A program made the position numbers and the translations under genes. Shown here piece after piece: positions 51,957 through 64,000 of a DNA stretch of 64,000 nucleotides. Numbering within the stretch: position 1 is the first letter of the stretch; every line of letters begins with the position of its first letter. The notes under the pieces are model-generated. The model was not told where the DNA came from. It was given only the letters and a program-made list of their open reading frames with translations, and made no database searches. The DNA is from Callorhinchus milii (taxonomy: Eukaryota), in the NCBI RefSeq assembly GCF_018977255.1, contig NW_024704743.1, positions 4,280,001 to 4,344,000 on the forward strand. Direction: 5' to 3'.

Positions 51957-53069
51957 GTAAGTGCAGCCCCTCCCCGGCCCCGCACCGCCACCCCGACCCC
52001 GGCCCCGCACAGGGTAAGTGCAGCCCTCTCGCCGCTTGTCAACCCCCCAACTCCTCCCTCCACAGGGCTGCGGGTCATCCGGAACTCTGTAGCCCGTGTC
52101 CTCTCCCGCACCAAACCCCGTGACCCCCATTGCCACCCCCACCCCCCACCCCCCGCCTTGGGACTTTCCCCCCCCCCCCCCCACCCACCCTCTGGAATTC
52201 CATCCCACGGTCCCTCCTTTGCCCCCTTTCCGTTCCCGAGACCCCCTCTCCTCGACAGTGCTTTCGGTCACCCTCCACCCCTCCTGATCCCAACGGACCG
52301 CTCGGGCGCTGATCCCTGACCGCCGTCCGGTGCCCTGGGACGGTCCCCTCCCCCCGACGTGAGAGACGCGACAGCCCTGCGATTTGTCGTCGCGGCCGTG
52401 ACTTTTTTTTTTTCGGTCACTTTTTTTTCTTTTTTTTTTAAAAAAAAAACACCAAAGCGTAATCTGTCATCGACAGGTTTTCCAATCGGATCGGTGTGTT
52501 TACAGCGACAATGAATGAGCACAGACGGTCGTGTCAGTGCCTGATTTACGTTTCAGAATAATCGGGAGCCAAAGGGTCACACGAGCCCAACATTACACCG
52601 GGAACGTTGGAATTCCCTTCCTCGCTCCCTTCGCCTCGAACCCTCTCTTCCTACCTTCGGGTCCCTTCTGAAGACCTTTCTTTTCGACCGCGCCTTTGGT
52701 TCACCTTCCTCTCCCCGCTGGCTCGGCCCCGGGATCCGTTCCTGTGAAGCGCTCTGAGACGCCGTCCGGGGCGGAGGCCGCTGCATAAATCCCAAGTTGT
52801 TGTAGTTGAACATGAATACATTGGCCGAGTAGTATTAGGGTATAAATCTGTTGGGCCGATGAAATCCCAATCTAGTTTCAGAATAGAAATGCCCAGATTT
52901 TTCTCACCCCAAAGTGTAAGACCATCGGTACTGTGGGCAGTAGTGCCGTGTGATCTGCTCGCGGTAAACGTGTGGCTGGATTGCAAGTGATTTTTTTTTT
53001 AAAAAAAAAAAAGCTTTATACCAAGTACTTGCAATTCTGTTTGTCAGTGAAATCTCAGATCCAATTTAA

Positions 53070-53333
<264 letters not shown>

Positions 53334-53722
53334 TAATGAACTTATTTTTGATCTCGAGTGTGCCATGCTCGAACACGCATTTGGGATTCGCCGAAGAGTT
53401 TACTAATCTGACACTCTTGTTTGCGTTCCAAATTCTGCGGAGACAGCTGGTGTGCGCTTATGCTAGCAGCCAGTGGCTAGCAATACTACATAAATCGGAT
53501 TTGATTTGCACTCATTGCAATTTCGCCCACAAAACATAGTCAGTTCACTTTACAGTATATTCTGTGAAGCGCTTTGAGACGTCTCGAAGACGTGATAAGG
53601 CACTATGTCAAATGCAAAGCATTATTACAATAGACGACAGCTTCAAAACCATCTTGTTCAAAATATTTAGAGATCGAGTCAGCTCCTGGGTTAATTATTT
53701 TGCACCGAATTTTATTTTTTAA

Positions 53723-53959
<237 letters not shown>

Positions 53960-54295
53960 TAAACGCTTGATCCGCAAGGCAAAACAATGTGATGTTTTCA
54001 ACCTTGATTCTTTGGGTTGTCCTTAAACGGTCGTGTTATTTGGTTAGCGTTGCAAACATTAATTTACGAAACGGTTTGGGATGCCCTCCAACGCGAAATT
54101 GTCATTAATTATATTGGCTTTTACAATTACATTTTGACCCTAGGGTGTTAACCATATATGCGTGAGATGTACAATACATTACTGGGCTGGCAAGAGTTCC
54201 ATCTGTCTTGCCAGCCCTCTTTGCCCCCCCCACCCCATTCAATTACCAAACTGAGTGGTGCTATATGGCAACTGAAGTCTCTGCCTTGGGAGTGA

Positions 54296-54754
<459 letters not shown>

Positions 54755-55079
54755 TAGATGTATATTGTATTGGTGTGCGAGGCTGGAAAAAACATATTAG
54801 AAACTAACTTGGAAACGCTTGTAAATAATGAACCAAGATTTTCCAATTCATTTGTAAATGTTCCTACGGTGCTTGTTTGCCTACTGCTACAGAGATTGCA
54901 TTTATATAGTGCCTTTTGTCTGTCAACAATAACAGCCACTACAGTAAAATCAAGTGAAGCAGTCGAGACATTGATCCATGTGAGGTGCCATAACAAATGC
55001 AAGGATTGTTATTTTAAACCCCTGCTCTGTTTTCAGTATGACTTCAAAACTGAATTGGGATTCTATTTGACGCCACACC

Positions 55080-55425
55080 TTTTTACATCTATTTTAGGCG
55101 AATGTGGCAGCCAGTTTGCACAAAGCATCATCTCAGATGAAGCCTCAAAGGTGCAACTGATGTTATCTCAGTAACTGTTGGCCAGAACGCAGAAACTCCC
55201 TTTTCTGTTCAAATAATGCAATGGCACCTTAACGTCCACCCAAGCAGGCAGGCGGGACCTCAGTTTTTATCGCCTGGTCCAAAGGATGACACCTCCAACA
55301 ATGCAGGACACCCCCGGCAGTGCATTGGAGAGTCAACCTAGATCCGAGTTCAAAGTTCCGACATGGGGCTTGAACCCCCACACTTCCGATTCCAAAGTGA
55401 GGGTGCGACCAGCTGAGCCAGGCTG
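55080..55425 (-). mobile_element. Older SINE family (SacSINE1/DeuSINE-like); related copies at about 4380-4600, 28390-28780, 36890-37090, 58530-58850, 63070-63380
   Basis: Shared motifs GTCCACC..CAGGCAG..CCTCAGTTT..TCCAAAGGA..CACCTCC..CAATGCAG..CACTGGAGTGTCAGCC..GCTTGAACCC..CTGAGCC; family name is from recall only. Confidence 0.6.
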
Positions 55426-55795
55426 ACAGTAAATAGATTATTACAATTGCTATGTTTTGTGAAGTAATAATTACTGGACACAATTTGGTGGTGTAGGGCA
55501 ATTCTTGGGCCAATATTCTCATTTTAGATGCCTTTGTTTCCTTTATCGTAGAATAATACAGCACAGGAGGAGGCCATTCGGCTCACCGTGTCTGTGCCGG
55601 CTCTTTGAAAAAAGCTATCCAATTCAATCCCACTCCCTCGCTCTCTCCCCACAGCCCTGCAAACTTTCACCCACAAAATATACAATCGATTCACTTTACA
55701 TTATATTCTGTGAAGCTCTTTGAGACATCTCACCAACATGGTAAGACTATATCAAATGTAAGTATGATTTATATTAACATTCTGTCTACGTTTGA

Positions 55796-56119
<324 letters not shown>

Positions 56120-58275
56120 TGTTTTCAGCGCACCTTAATTGAAGTATTAAGCAGAAATCTAAGTAGCAGTCGATGTTCATTAACAGCCTCGTCTGAAACT
56201 CACCTTTTTAAAAACTTTTACTGGATCCAGATACCTGTGTGGTGTGTTCAAATCCAGGCTTTACTTTTTAATGGGCACCAATTTCTTGTGATTAACACCA
56301 AGGTAGAAGAAAAAAAAACAATGTCTTGTCTATATCAAAATGTTAAGTTGAAATCAAAATGCTATGAAGAAAGTGTCAATTACTGGTCCTCACCTTCAAA
56401 GTCCTCCATGGTCTTGCTAACTCCCTACCATCCTGTTCGCTCCCTCCGCGCAGCGGGCTCTGGCCTGCTTCACGACCCCCACTATCGGTGGGTAGGCCTT
56501 CTGCCACTCTGCACCCACTCTTTGGAACTCCATCCTGCAGTCCCTCCGTCTCGCCCTCTTCCTACGCCACCTTCAAGACCCTCCTCTTCCAACATGCTTT
56601 CGATCTCCCTGCATCCTCCCCCACCCTGACCCTCGGCTCAGGTCTGAAACCCTGTCTGTCCAGGCCTTGGGATGTCCTCCTGACGTGAAAGGCGCTATAC
56701 AAATGTAATTTTGTTGTTGATTCAATAATGCCTTTTGACATATGGAGACATGTCCTGTATAGTATATTAAAACTTATTAATTGAAATTTTTGAAAGTCCG
56801 CCAGTGTGGTCCTCCACAAATGTTTTTGTGGTTTTGATGCCAGTTTACCTTTGTTGAAAGAAATAAAAAATTTGATATCACAAACTAGTTCCTGGGAAGA
56901 GGGGTTTATGAATAATGACAAAAGGAAGTATTCCGGAATATGTCAAATGCGAGTCAAGCCAGTCACGTAGCTAGGAACTCCAGAGTTAGTATATGCCATA
57001 AATCCCACTTATTTAGTCATAGTTTTGGTAGTCCATAAAATTGCAACCAGGCTTATAACACGATAGCCAGCTAGCTGCATTGTTTGAATCCCAACCAGAG
57101 TTGAACCGAGGTGGCAGAGTTGCAATGGTGCGAGTTTTCAGGATGTTTATTGCACGTTTCGGAAGGAAAATGTCAAGAATGCATAACCTACCCACGTTAG
57201 AAATAAAATTGCTTTATAATGAAGTGCCATTTTACAGGCCCCCAACTGCAACATCGATACAAAGCTCTTAAGCGGCCACATGGTCTTTCTCCAGTAATCA
57301 CACAATTTAGTCAATTCACTAAATATTCCATCTGATGGTGAAAACACAAATTATTTTTCATATGGATTGTGCTTTCTTGTAAGAGTCGGATGATATTTCA
57401 CAATGTTTTTCAAAAATTGTTCAATTTAAACCAAAAGTAGAACATTCTTTCCATCAGTTTGCTTATTAAAATACAAAGTGTTGCACTGCACGTCTGAAAG
57501 ACATTAGGAGGAGGAAATGATAGAAAGACAATGACAAAAGAAAGGCAAATGTCCAGTAAACTCTGGATAATCTTCCATCCTATGCCGTCACAGGATAGGG
57601 CTGGAGGCTTCTGCAAGACGCCACCTTATAGGACGGGTTATCCGATCAATTTTGCAAGTACTTAAGAATTTCTAGAGCGTGACGAGTTAGCAGAGCGACA
57701 AGTAAAGTGGAGGGATATTTGACAGCACGGCCACTTCAGTGGTAGTGGCAAGTTAAGCCAGGGTCGAGTTATGAAGACTTTGCAAATGTAACATTTAAAC
57801 AAAATTTAAATTGTAACCCGGAACAACCTGTGAAGGATATATAACTTGGCAAATTATCTAATTATAAAAATTGTCGCGACGTGCACCTGGCAAACAAGTG
57901 TAAAAGCTGTGTTCGTTCACTGAACACAGAAGGAACCTGAAATCATTGCACATTGCATTCAAGTTGTCCGAAGGCAGTGTCGAAAATATCAAATGGCTGT
58001 CAAGGGAATACTCGGTAGCATTAGGCACTTTTTCACATCAAGATTCTACCCAAAGCTCCCGTAAAACTGCAATGCACACTTTCAAATGGCCTTTTAAAAT
58101 CCTGGAAGACATAAACTTATCCAGGCAATGAATTATCTTTTGTATTTAGGACCCAGACTCAACAACGCGATAACATTTTGTCATTTTAATCACAGGATAT
58201 TCCGAAACTCTTCAATTATTTTTCATGATGGATTACAATTAAAGAAGTCCCGTAACCTGGAGTACCATATATTAT

Positions 58276-58428
58276 TTATCTTCTATCCTTTTTACCCATC
58301 TTGCTCTTGCCAGCAAAGAGATGCTTTGGTTTAAGATCGAAAACGTGTCTGTCAGCCTCTCCCTTCTTGCCCAGACGATTCATACCCTGCTGGGAGTTCT
58401 TCATCATCCTCTTAACCTTTTTCAACAT
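58276..58428 (-). CDS. GTPBP4: GTP-binding protein 4 / NOG1, last coding exon
   Basis: tctag|[50 protein letters not shown]. Confidence 0.96.
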   Translation of the reverse strand: MLKKVKRMMKNSQQGMNRLGKKGEADRHVFDLKPKHLFAGKSKMGKKDRR

Positions 58429-59341
58429 CTAGACGGGGGGAAAAAAGTATTATTTTTAATAAAAAGGAATGTAATGTTCTAAGAAGGCAAAACTATGGGG
58501 AAAAATAATTGGAATTTCATTCCAATACAATGCAGACCATTGCAAAACAGAAAGCCGTGTCCCTCAGAGGTAAGAATCACCTGGACCAGTTTATCTGGAG
58601 GATTGATGGCCAGAACACTGGAAGAAACATGCTTCTCTCTTCAAATAGTGTAACGGTATCTTTAATGCCGAGCGAAACAAGCAAATGGGATCTTCATCCA
58701 AAAGCCGACAATTTCTGACAATGCAGCACTCCTCTGGTAAAGCACCGGAGTGTCAGCATAGACTACGAGCTCAAGCCCTGATGTGGGGCTGGAACCCACA
58801 GTCTTCTGACCCACGGCGAGAGTGTTCCCGTAAGCAAAGCTTAACACAACAATTGAGATGAACCAGTAATCTCGCTTTGTCTGTATGAGGCAGCAATGTC
58901 GCTTGAGAAACATTTCATGGCTGGTAAAGCCGTAGACGATTATAAAACTATGAGCCATACAGAACGGTAAGATCTCAGGCTGCTCGGGCTGTCATGAGTT
59001 TGTTGATCTGCGCTGAGAAAAGAGAGGGGGGGGTGGGGGCAAAAATTAAGTCACGGTCCCTACTTGACCTCAGTGGAACGTGAATGTGCGTAGGCAGGCG
59101 AGGGCAGGTTCAAGCTCCACGACAAGGTAGTTAAATTGAGTTCACGGTTATTCTACAGTGAGGATCGCAGCATAAGGTTAACAGCTCCAGAACAAGTTTA
59201 GCAAACGTTCGGTTGTGGCCTTTATTCTCAAATCGATCTAATCACCTGAGGTTCATTAACGGCGCAGCGTTCAAAAACAAAGCGACGAATTGCACTGCAA
59301 AACGTGAACTTTAACTGTAAAGTTAAAGGTGGGAAACAAAC

Positions 59342-59485
59342 CTTCTCGTCGCGCACGCCAGAAAGATCACGCGGCGTGCGGGAATTGCTGCGACTGCGTG
59401 TTACCGAGGTTGGCGGCTGAGATTCGTCACGTTTACGCTTTCTGGTGATACTCCTCGATCGTCTAGCCAGCTGTGCATAGTGTGT
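59342..59485 (-). CDS. GTPBP4: GTPBP4 penultimate coding exon
   Basis: tctag|THYAQLARRSRSITRKRKRDESQPPTSVTRSRSNSRTPRDLSGVRDEK|gtttgt, 144 nt. Confidence 0.95.
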
Positions 59486-60467
59486 CTAGACAAGAGTGCA
59501 GCGGTCAAACAGCGGTTACATAACACACAGCAAACTACATTGTTAATACACTTCTGATATCACTATTATTTTACCTCCGAACGATGAGGAAAAAAAATTA
59601 AATGTGCAAATAAAAGTGAAAACACTTTAAAGTATTAATACAATACCGGTCGGTGTGCATAAGATATTTCCGAAGTCGAACATTAACAGCCCAAAGACAA
59701 CCAATGTGAGAAACGTCCCCAACCAAGGAGATTTACTTCTTTTAACATTCATCTCCCAACACAGAAAAGCAAGCATTGGACTTAAAATGGGGTCCATTTA
59801 AAAGATGCAATATGGATTGCCTCAAGAACATTTTCAGTTTACCCATTCCGTTTATCAATGGCTGTGAGGCAAAATTGCGACTGACCCAATACATCCAAGT
59901 GTTTCAAAAGATTCACTGCAGAAAGAGACCAAGGAATCTTCAGCACAGAAGACCATTGTCAATTGCTACCGGTTATCCTTTTTATTAATCCTATTTTCCA
60001 GCTATTTTTCCTAAATGACTTAATATTTTTACTTTTCAAGTTCAGTTCAGTTCCCCTTTGAATGATCCCACCAAATCTACTCAAATCTCCACTGCTCCGG
60101 ATCCCCTCTTCTATACCCCTCTATTTTTGTTGCTTTCCTTCCCATTATATATATATAATATATAAATATATATGAATGACATGGTATACTTGCTTTTAGA
60201 TTCAATATCCAATTAATAAATAGATGCCAGAGTATTTATAAGCAGATGACTATTTATTAGTCTTAATATTAAGATATAATTCATATCTTAATTTACTAAT
60301 TGGAGTCATCAATGTGATGGAGAACCCATATGGTATACAAGGACACTGCTATGGGGACTCTCATACAAAGCGTAGCCCCCACATCCCTGCTTTTGAAATG
60401 AACGGTTTAACCTTTGTAAGCCACTATTTTCTGAAAAGAAACCAACCAACCAAAAAAAAAAACTTAC

Positions 60468-60533
60468 TTCATCTTTACTTTCCATATCCAGACCAAGAGA
60501 ACTCATCTCCTTCTCCAACGTTTTTCGTTCAAC
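60468..60533 (-). CDS. GTPBP4: GTPBP4 internal exon
   Basis: cacag|VERKTLEKEMSSLGLDMESKDE|gtaagt, 66 nt. Confidence 0.95.
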
Positions 60534-61147
60534 CTGTGAAAATAATTAAACATTATAAAGGGATATTTTTCGGTGATATTTTAATGACAGAAAATCATTC
60601 ATTGGAAGTTTAAAAAAAAACGTTGTCCTCCCCGATCCCATCTCATTCATTCTAGGGATTAATATCAATCGGTCTTCTGTTGGGAAGTGAATGTTTATGG
60701 GTCAGAGGGATGTTCTGTGCGCTATAGCACGGTCCTCCGATCTCCAGTATGAATCTAGACAATAATTCTGATACAAAATTTGTGATCTCACACACGAAGT
60801 GCCACAGTAGAAACATTTCAAATGGGTTTAAGTCTTCACAGAGTAGGTTACATTCTGTGTGTCCTGTGCTCTATTTGTCTGACCGCAAAAGGACTAAGTC
60901 TGAAATTATGTGTTTGGCCTTTAAAACACACACACGTGTATATTTGCAGCTGATTAATCAGAAGGTTTCCACCAAGAAGGAAGATTTGTATCATAAGGTC
61001 ATTTGGAATCAATGTAGAAGTCGCTTCAAGGTGGGAAACTACATGTAATAATTCACAGACGGAATTTTAAAAAAAAGAAAATGATGAAAGCAAATCCCAT
61101 GGCTTCAATAAGCCAGCATTTTAGAGTTAAAATACACGTGAACTTGC

Positions 61148-61348
61148 CTTTTTAGCAGTTCTGGGCATTTTGGGACCCTTCTTAGTTTGTTTCTCTCTGG
61201 AAAGCAGAATTCGCATTTTCTTCTTCTCTCTGATCTTACTGGCCAACTTCCGGATGTCTTTCATCTCGTCGTCATCGCTCTCAGAATCGGAATCGTATTC
61301 ACCAGCAGCTTCCTTGAGTCCTTCTTCTTTTTCCAGCTCTTGAAGTTT
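61148..61348 (-). CDS. GTPBP4: GTPBP4 internal exon (GC donor)
   Basis: ttcag|[44 protein letters not shown]...[10 protein letters not shown]|gcaagt, 201 nt. Confidence 0.95.
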
Positions 61349-61539
61349 CTGAAAAGGGCATTTAGAAAGTTTGATAATTGCTTTGGTGACAAGAAGAGGA
61401 AAAAAAAGAAATGTCTTGCAGTCAAAAATCACACAACTATTGTCCTGAATTCAGGCCTTTATCAATGAACTACTAAAGGACAGCAGATTCAGTCCAAACT
61501 AAAATCTGGAAGGCAAATACTTCTATATTTCTTCTTCGT

Positions 61540-61850
61540 GGAGTCCTGTAGCTCAGTGGTTAGAGCACTCGCTTTGCAAGTGAGAGACCTGAGTTCAATT
61601 CCAGGCAGAGGGCGAAACCTTGGGCAAGTTTCCTTACTCCACACAGAGCCTAATAATAATCCCTCCAAAACCAAAAACAATAATAAATTGGTCATTTTCA
61701 ATCTACGACTGTTTGTGGGACATTGCTGTGCGCAATTGGCTGCCGCGTTCGCCCACAAATATAGTCAATTCACTTTACAGTGTGTTCTGTGAAGTGCTTT
61801 GGGACGTCCTCCCGACATGAATTGCGCTATATCAAATGCAAGGATTATAT
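61540..61850 (+). mobile_element. Full-length tRNA-derived SINE in a GTPBP4 intron
   Basis: Near-identical to 1950-2272. Confidence 0.9.
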
Positions 61851-61992
61851 TGTGAAATATTCTCCAATCACTATAAATTTATCCAAACTACAAAAGGTTT
61901 GCCACTTTATAATTACCGCTAGTCCCTTGTTGATTTTCAACTTCAAAAACAAAACTAATCCATCACAACGTTACAAACTATGTGCAACTCAC

Positions 61993-62093
61993 CTTCATAA
62001 TGAGAGGGTCAATGTAGTCAGCTACATTGTGACCTTCCCATATTTCTGGAATCCTATCTTGCTTCTCGAATTCATTCATCAAATCCCAATATT
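61993..62093 (-). CDS. GTPBP4: GTPBP4 internal exon (NOGCT region); earlier exons are not seen in the window
   Basis: ctcag|..[33 protein letters not shown]|gtgagt, 101 nt. Confidence 0.96.
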
Positions 62094-64000
62094 CTGAGAG
62101 AATGAAGAAACAATGGGTTAATGAAAATCACAACAAGCATATAAAAGGTAGCACGTGTTAAATCAAATCTTTTTTTTAAAAAAAACCTCAGAATAGAAAA
62201 TTCTTTCATCTCCCAATACTGACATCACACTTTACATGACCGACTGTTTGTGGGGACGCCGCTGTGCGCAATTGGCTGCCGCGTTTCTCCTACAAATATA
62301 CGGTCAATTCACTTGACAGTCTATTCTGTGAAGCGCTTTGAGACGTCGAGAAGACGTGAAAAGCGCTATATCGAATGCAAGGATTATTATTTATTATTAT
62401 TTTACAATGTAAGAAACCCAAAGGAAAATAATGTCCCTAAATTTAAGAAACCCATTAATGAAAATAACATATCATTTGCTTCTGAATTTTATCACAGCAA
62501 CTCGCATTTAATCTCGAGCCCTTCACCCGGGGTAACGCCTTGGAGAGCCAACACATTGGCGGTCAACATTCACAATACTAGTTATCATTCTTGTTACAGA
62601 ACTTAAGTGTTGAAATGACTCAAAGCAATTCATAGGTAAGTATTGGACGTGTTCACGGTGGAAAGGAGAAGACTGAGAGGCGACGTGATTGCTGTCTGTA
62701 AGATTCTAACGTGGCAAGACAATATAGATCATGAGAGGCTGTTTCAACTTGTCCAGAATAGTAAAACCAGAGGACACGGCCTGCGATTGAAGTGGGGGGA
62801 AATTCAGAACCAATCTACGCAAACACTATTTCAGTGAGCGAATAGAGAACCTGTGGAACAGGCTCCCTGGGGAGACAGACGGCTGGAGCAGGAGGTGTTG
62901 ATTCTTTCAAACACAGATTCGATAGTTTTCTTTTAGGAAACAACATTACGGGGTATCGTACGTGGGTAGTGCACCTTCCGCCAGGAAGGTGGGAGGCGAA
63001 CTAGATGGGGAGCTTGGTCTTTTTTCGTCTCGCATTTCTTATGTTCTTATTGAAATGTAAAATTCCATTTGCAGCGGCCAATTTGAGTACAGCAGTGTTA
63101 CAAAGTGGATGATCAGTTTCATGTTGACGATTGCTGGCCACCACACCAGGAAAACCTATCCTTTTTTGAACAGCTTCATAGGATCTTTAAAGTTCACCTG
63201 GACAGGCAGATGGAACCCAGTCTAATGCCTCGTCGGAAAGACAGCGCGTCGGACAACTCAACACTCCCCCAGCATTGCACTGGAGTGTTGCTTTAATCTA
63301 TAAACTCAACTTCCCAAGATAGGACTTGAACCCACAACTCTCTTGACTCAGAAGCAAGAGTGCTACGAACAGAGCCTCGCTGACAAATGTATTTTATTTA
63401 AAGAGTGGGCCAATAATGTATAACTATGTAAAACAAAAGAGAGAAACAAGTAAATAAGACATTTCAGCTCATTTGATATCATCCTTCCAACAATGCAATA
63501 TGGAGCTGCCGAGGGAGGATCGTTGTGGGAAACATTGTGGAGAAGCAACCGAACACCAGGGTCATTTGCTCCCATGAAGGTATCAGTACGTTGGGAGCTT
63601 TACGTCATTGTTTATTCCTTTTCAAAACAAGTGCCGAGCCAGGCAAACGAGTTACCAAGTCACATTTGGTAAAATCCCATTGGTAGTTTGTTTTTGAGAT
63701 GTGGAGCCACTGGACGCGTGTAACGCATTATAATGAATAGGTGGACATAGACAGTCTCCAAAATGCCCATTTGAGAAATAAGCTCAATGTATTATAACTC
63801 GGGTTAGTTGAAATCGATTTTTATTTTTCTCATTTGTGATAGATAAAATCAATGTTTATTTCAATCAATCTTGTTGTCACTCATGTCATGTCCTCCACAC
63901 GTGCACAAGGCACAGGAAATCGTGTCTGTGGCAACCCACCTAACTGGAAGGCAGTCATTTTTGTTGTTAAAAAATTAATCCAAAATTTAAATCAACGAAA

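Noticed and set aside
51206..52319. ORFs of 140-346 aa around the IDI1 promoter
   Set aside because: Arise from GT/CT minisatellite, GC-rich promoter and L2 debris; only 51874-51956 splices sensibly to IDI1

Overview
Vertebrate genomic DNA. The tRNA-derived SINEs with L2-type tails, CR1/L2 LINE debris and palindromic Penelope-like ends point to a cartilaginous fish; this is an inference from repeat content and was not verified. I reconstructed four protein-coding genes by hand from splice sites and translation. (1) WDR37 5' end, minus strand: first coding exon 8162-8299, probable non-coding exon 1 near 16.1-16.2 kb. (2) A complete 8-exon LRRC37-like leucine-rich-repeat gene, minus strand, 48119 to 19104, about 476 aa, with signal peptide, LRRNT, 5 LRR exons, Cys-rich cap and charged tail but no visible transmembrane segment. 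(3) Complete IDI1, plus strand, 5 exons, 51874-56119. (4) The last five coding exons of GTPBP4/NOG1, minus strand, 62093 to 58276. The GTPBP4-IDI1-WDR37 order and orientation match the human 10p15 block, but here a roughly 30 kb LRRC37-like gene separates the IDI1/WDR37 head-to-head pair. Notable non-coding structure includes a 6-copy minisatellite with a perfect CRE and a GCA mini-hairpin in the IDI1/LRRC37-like divergent promoter, an SRE/NF-Y/Sp1 cassette at IDI1, a duplicated IDI1 exon-1 donor, complementary G- and C-rich tracts around the WDR37 first exon, and a hammerhead-like core in a palindromic repeat. Most long ORFs in the supplied track are repeat artefacts. Repeat boundaries are approximate.
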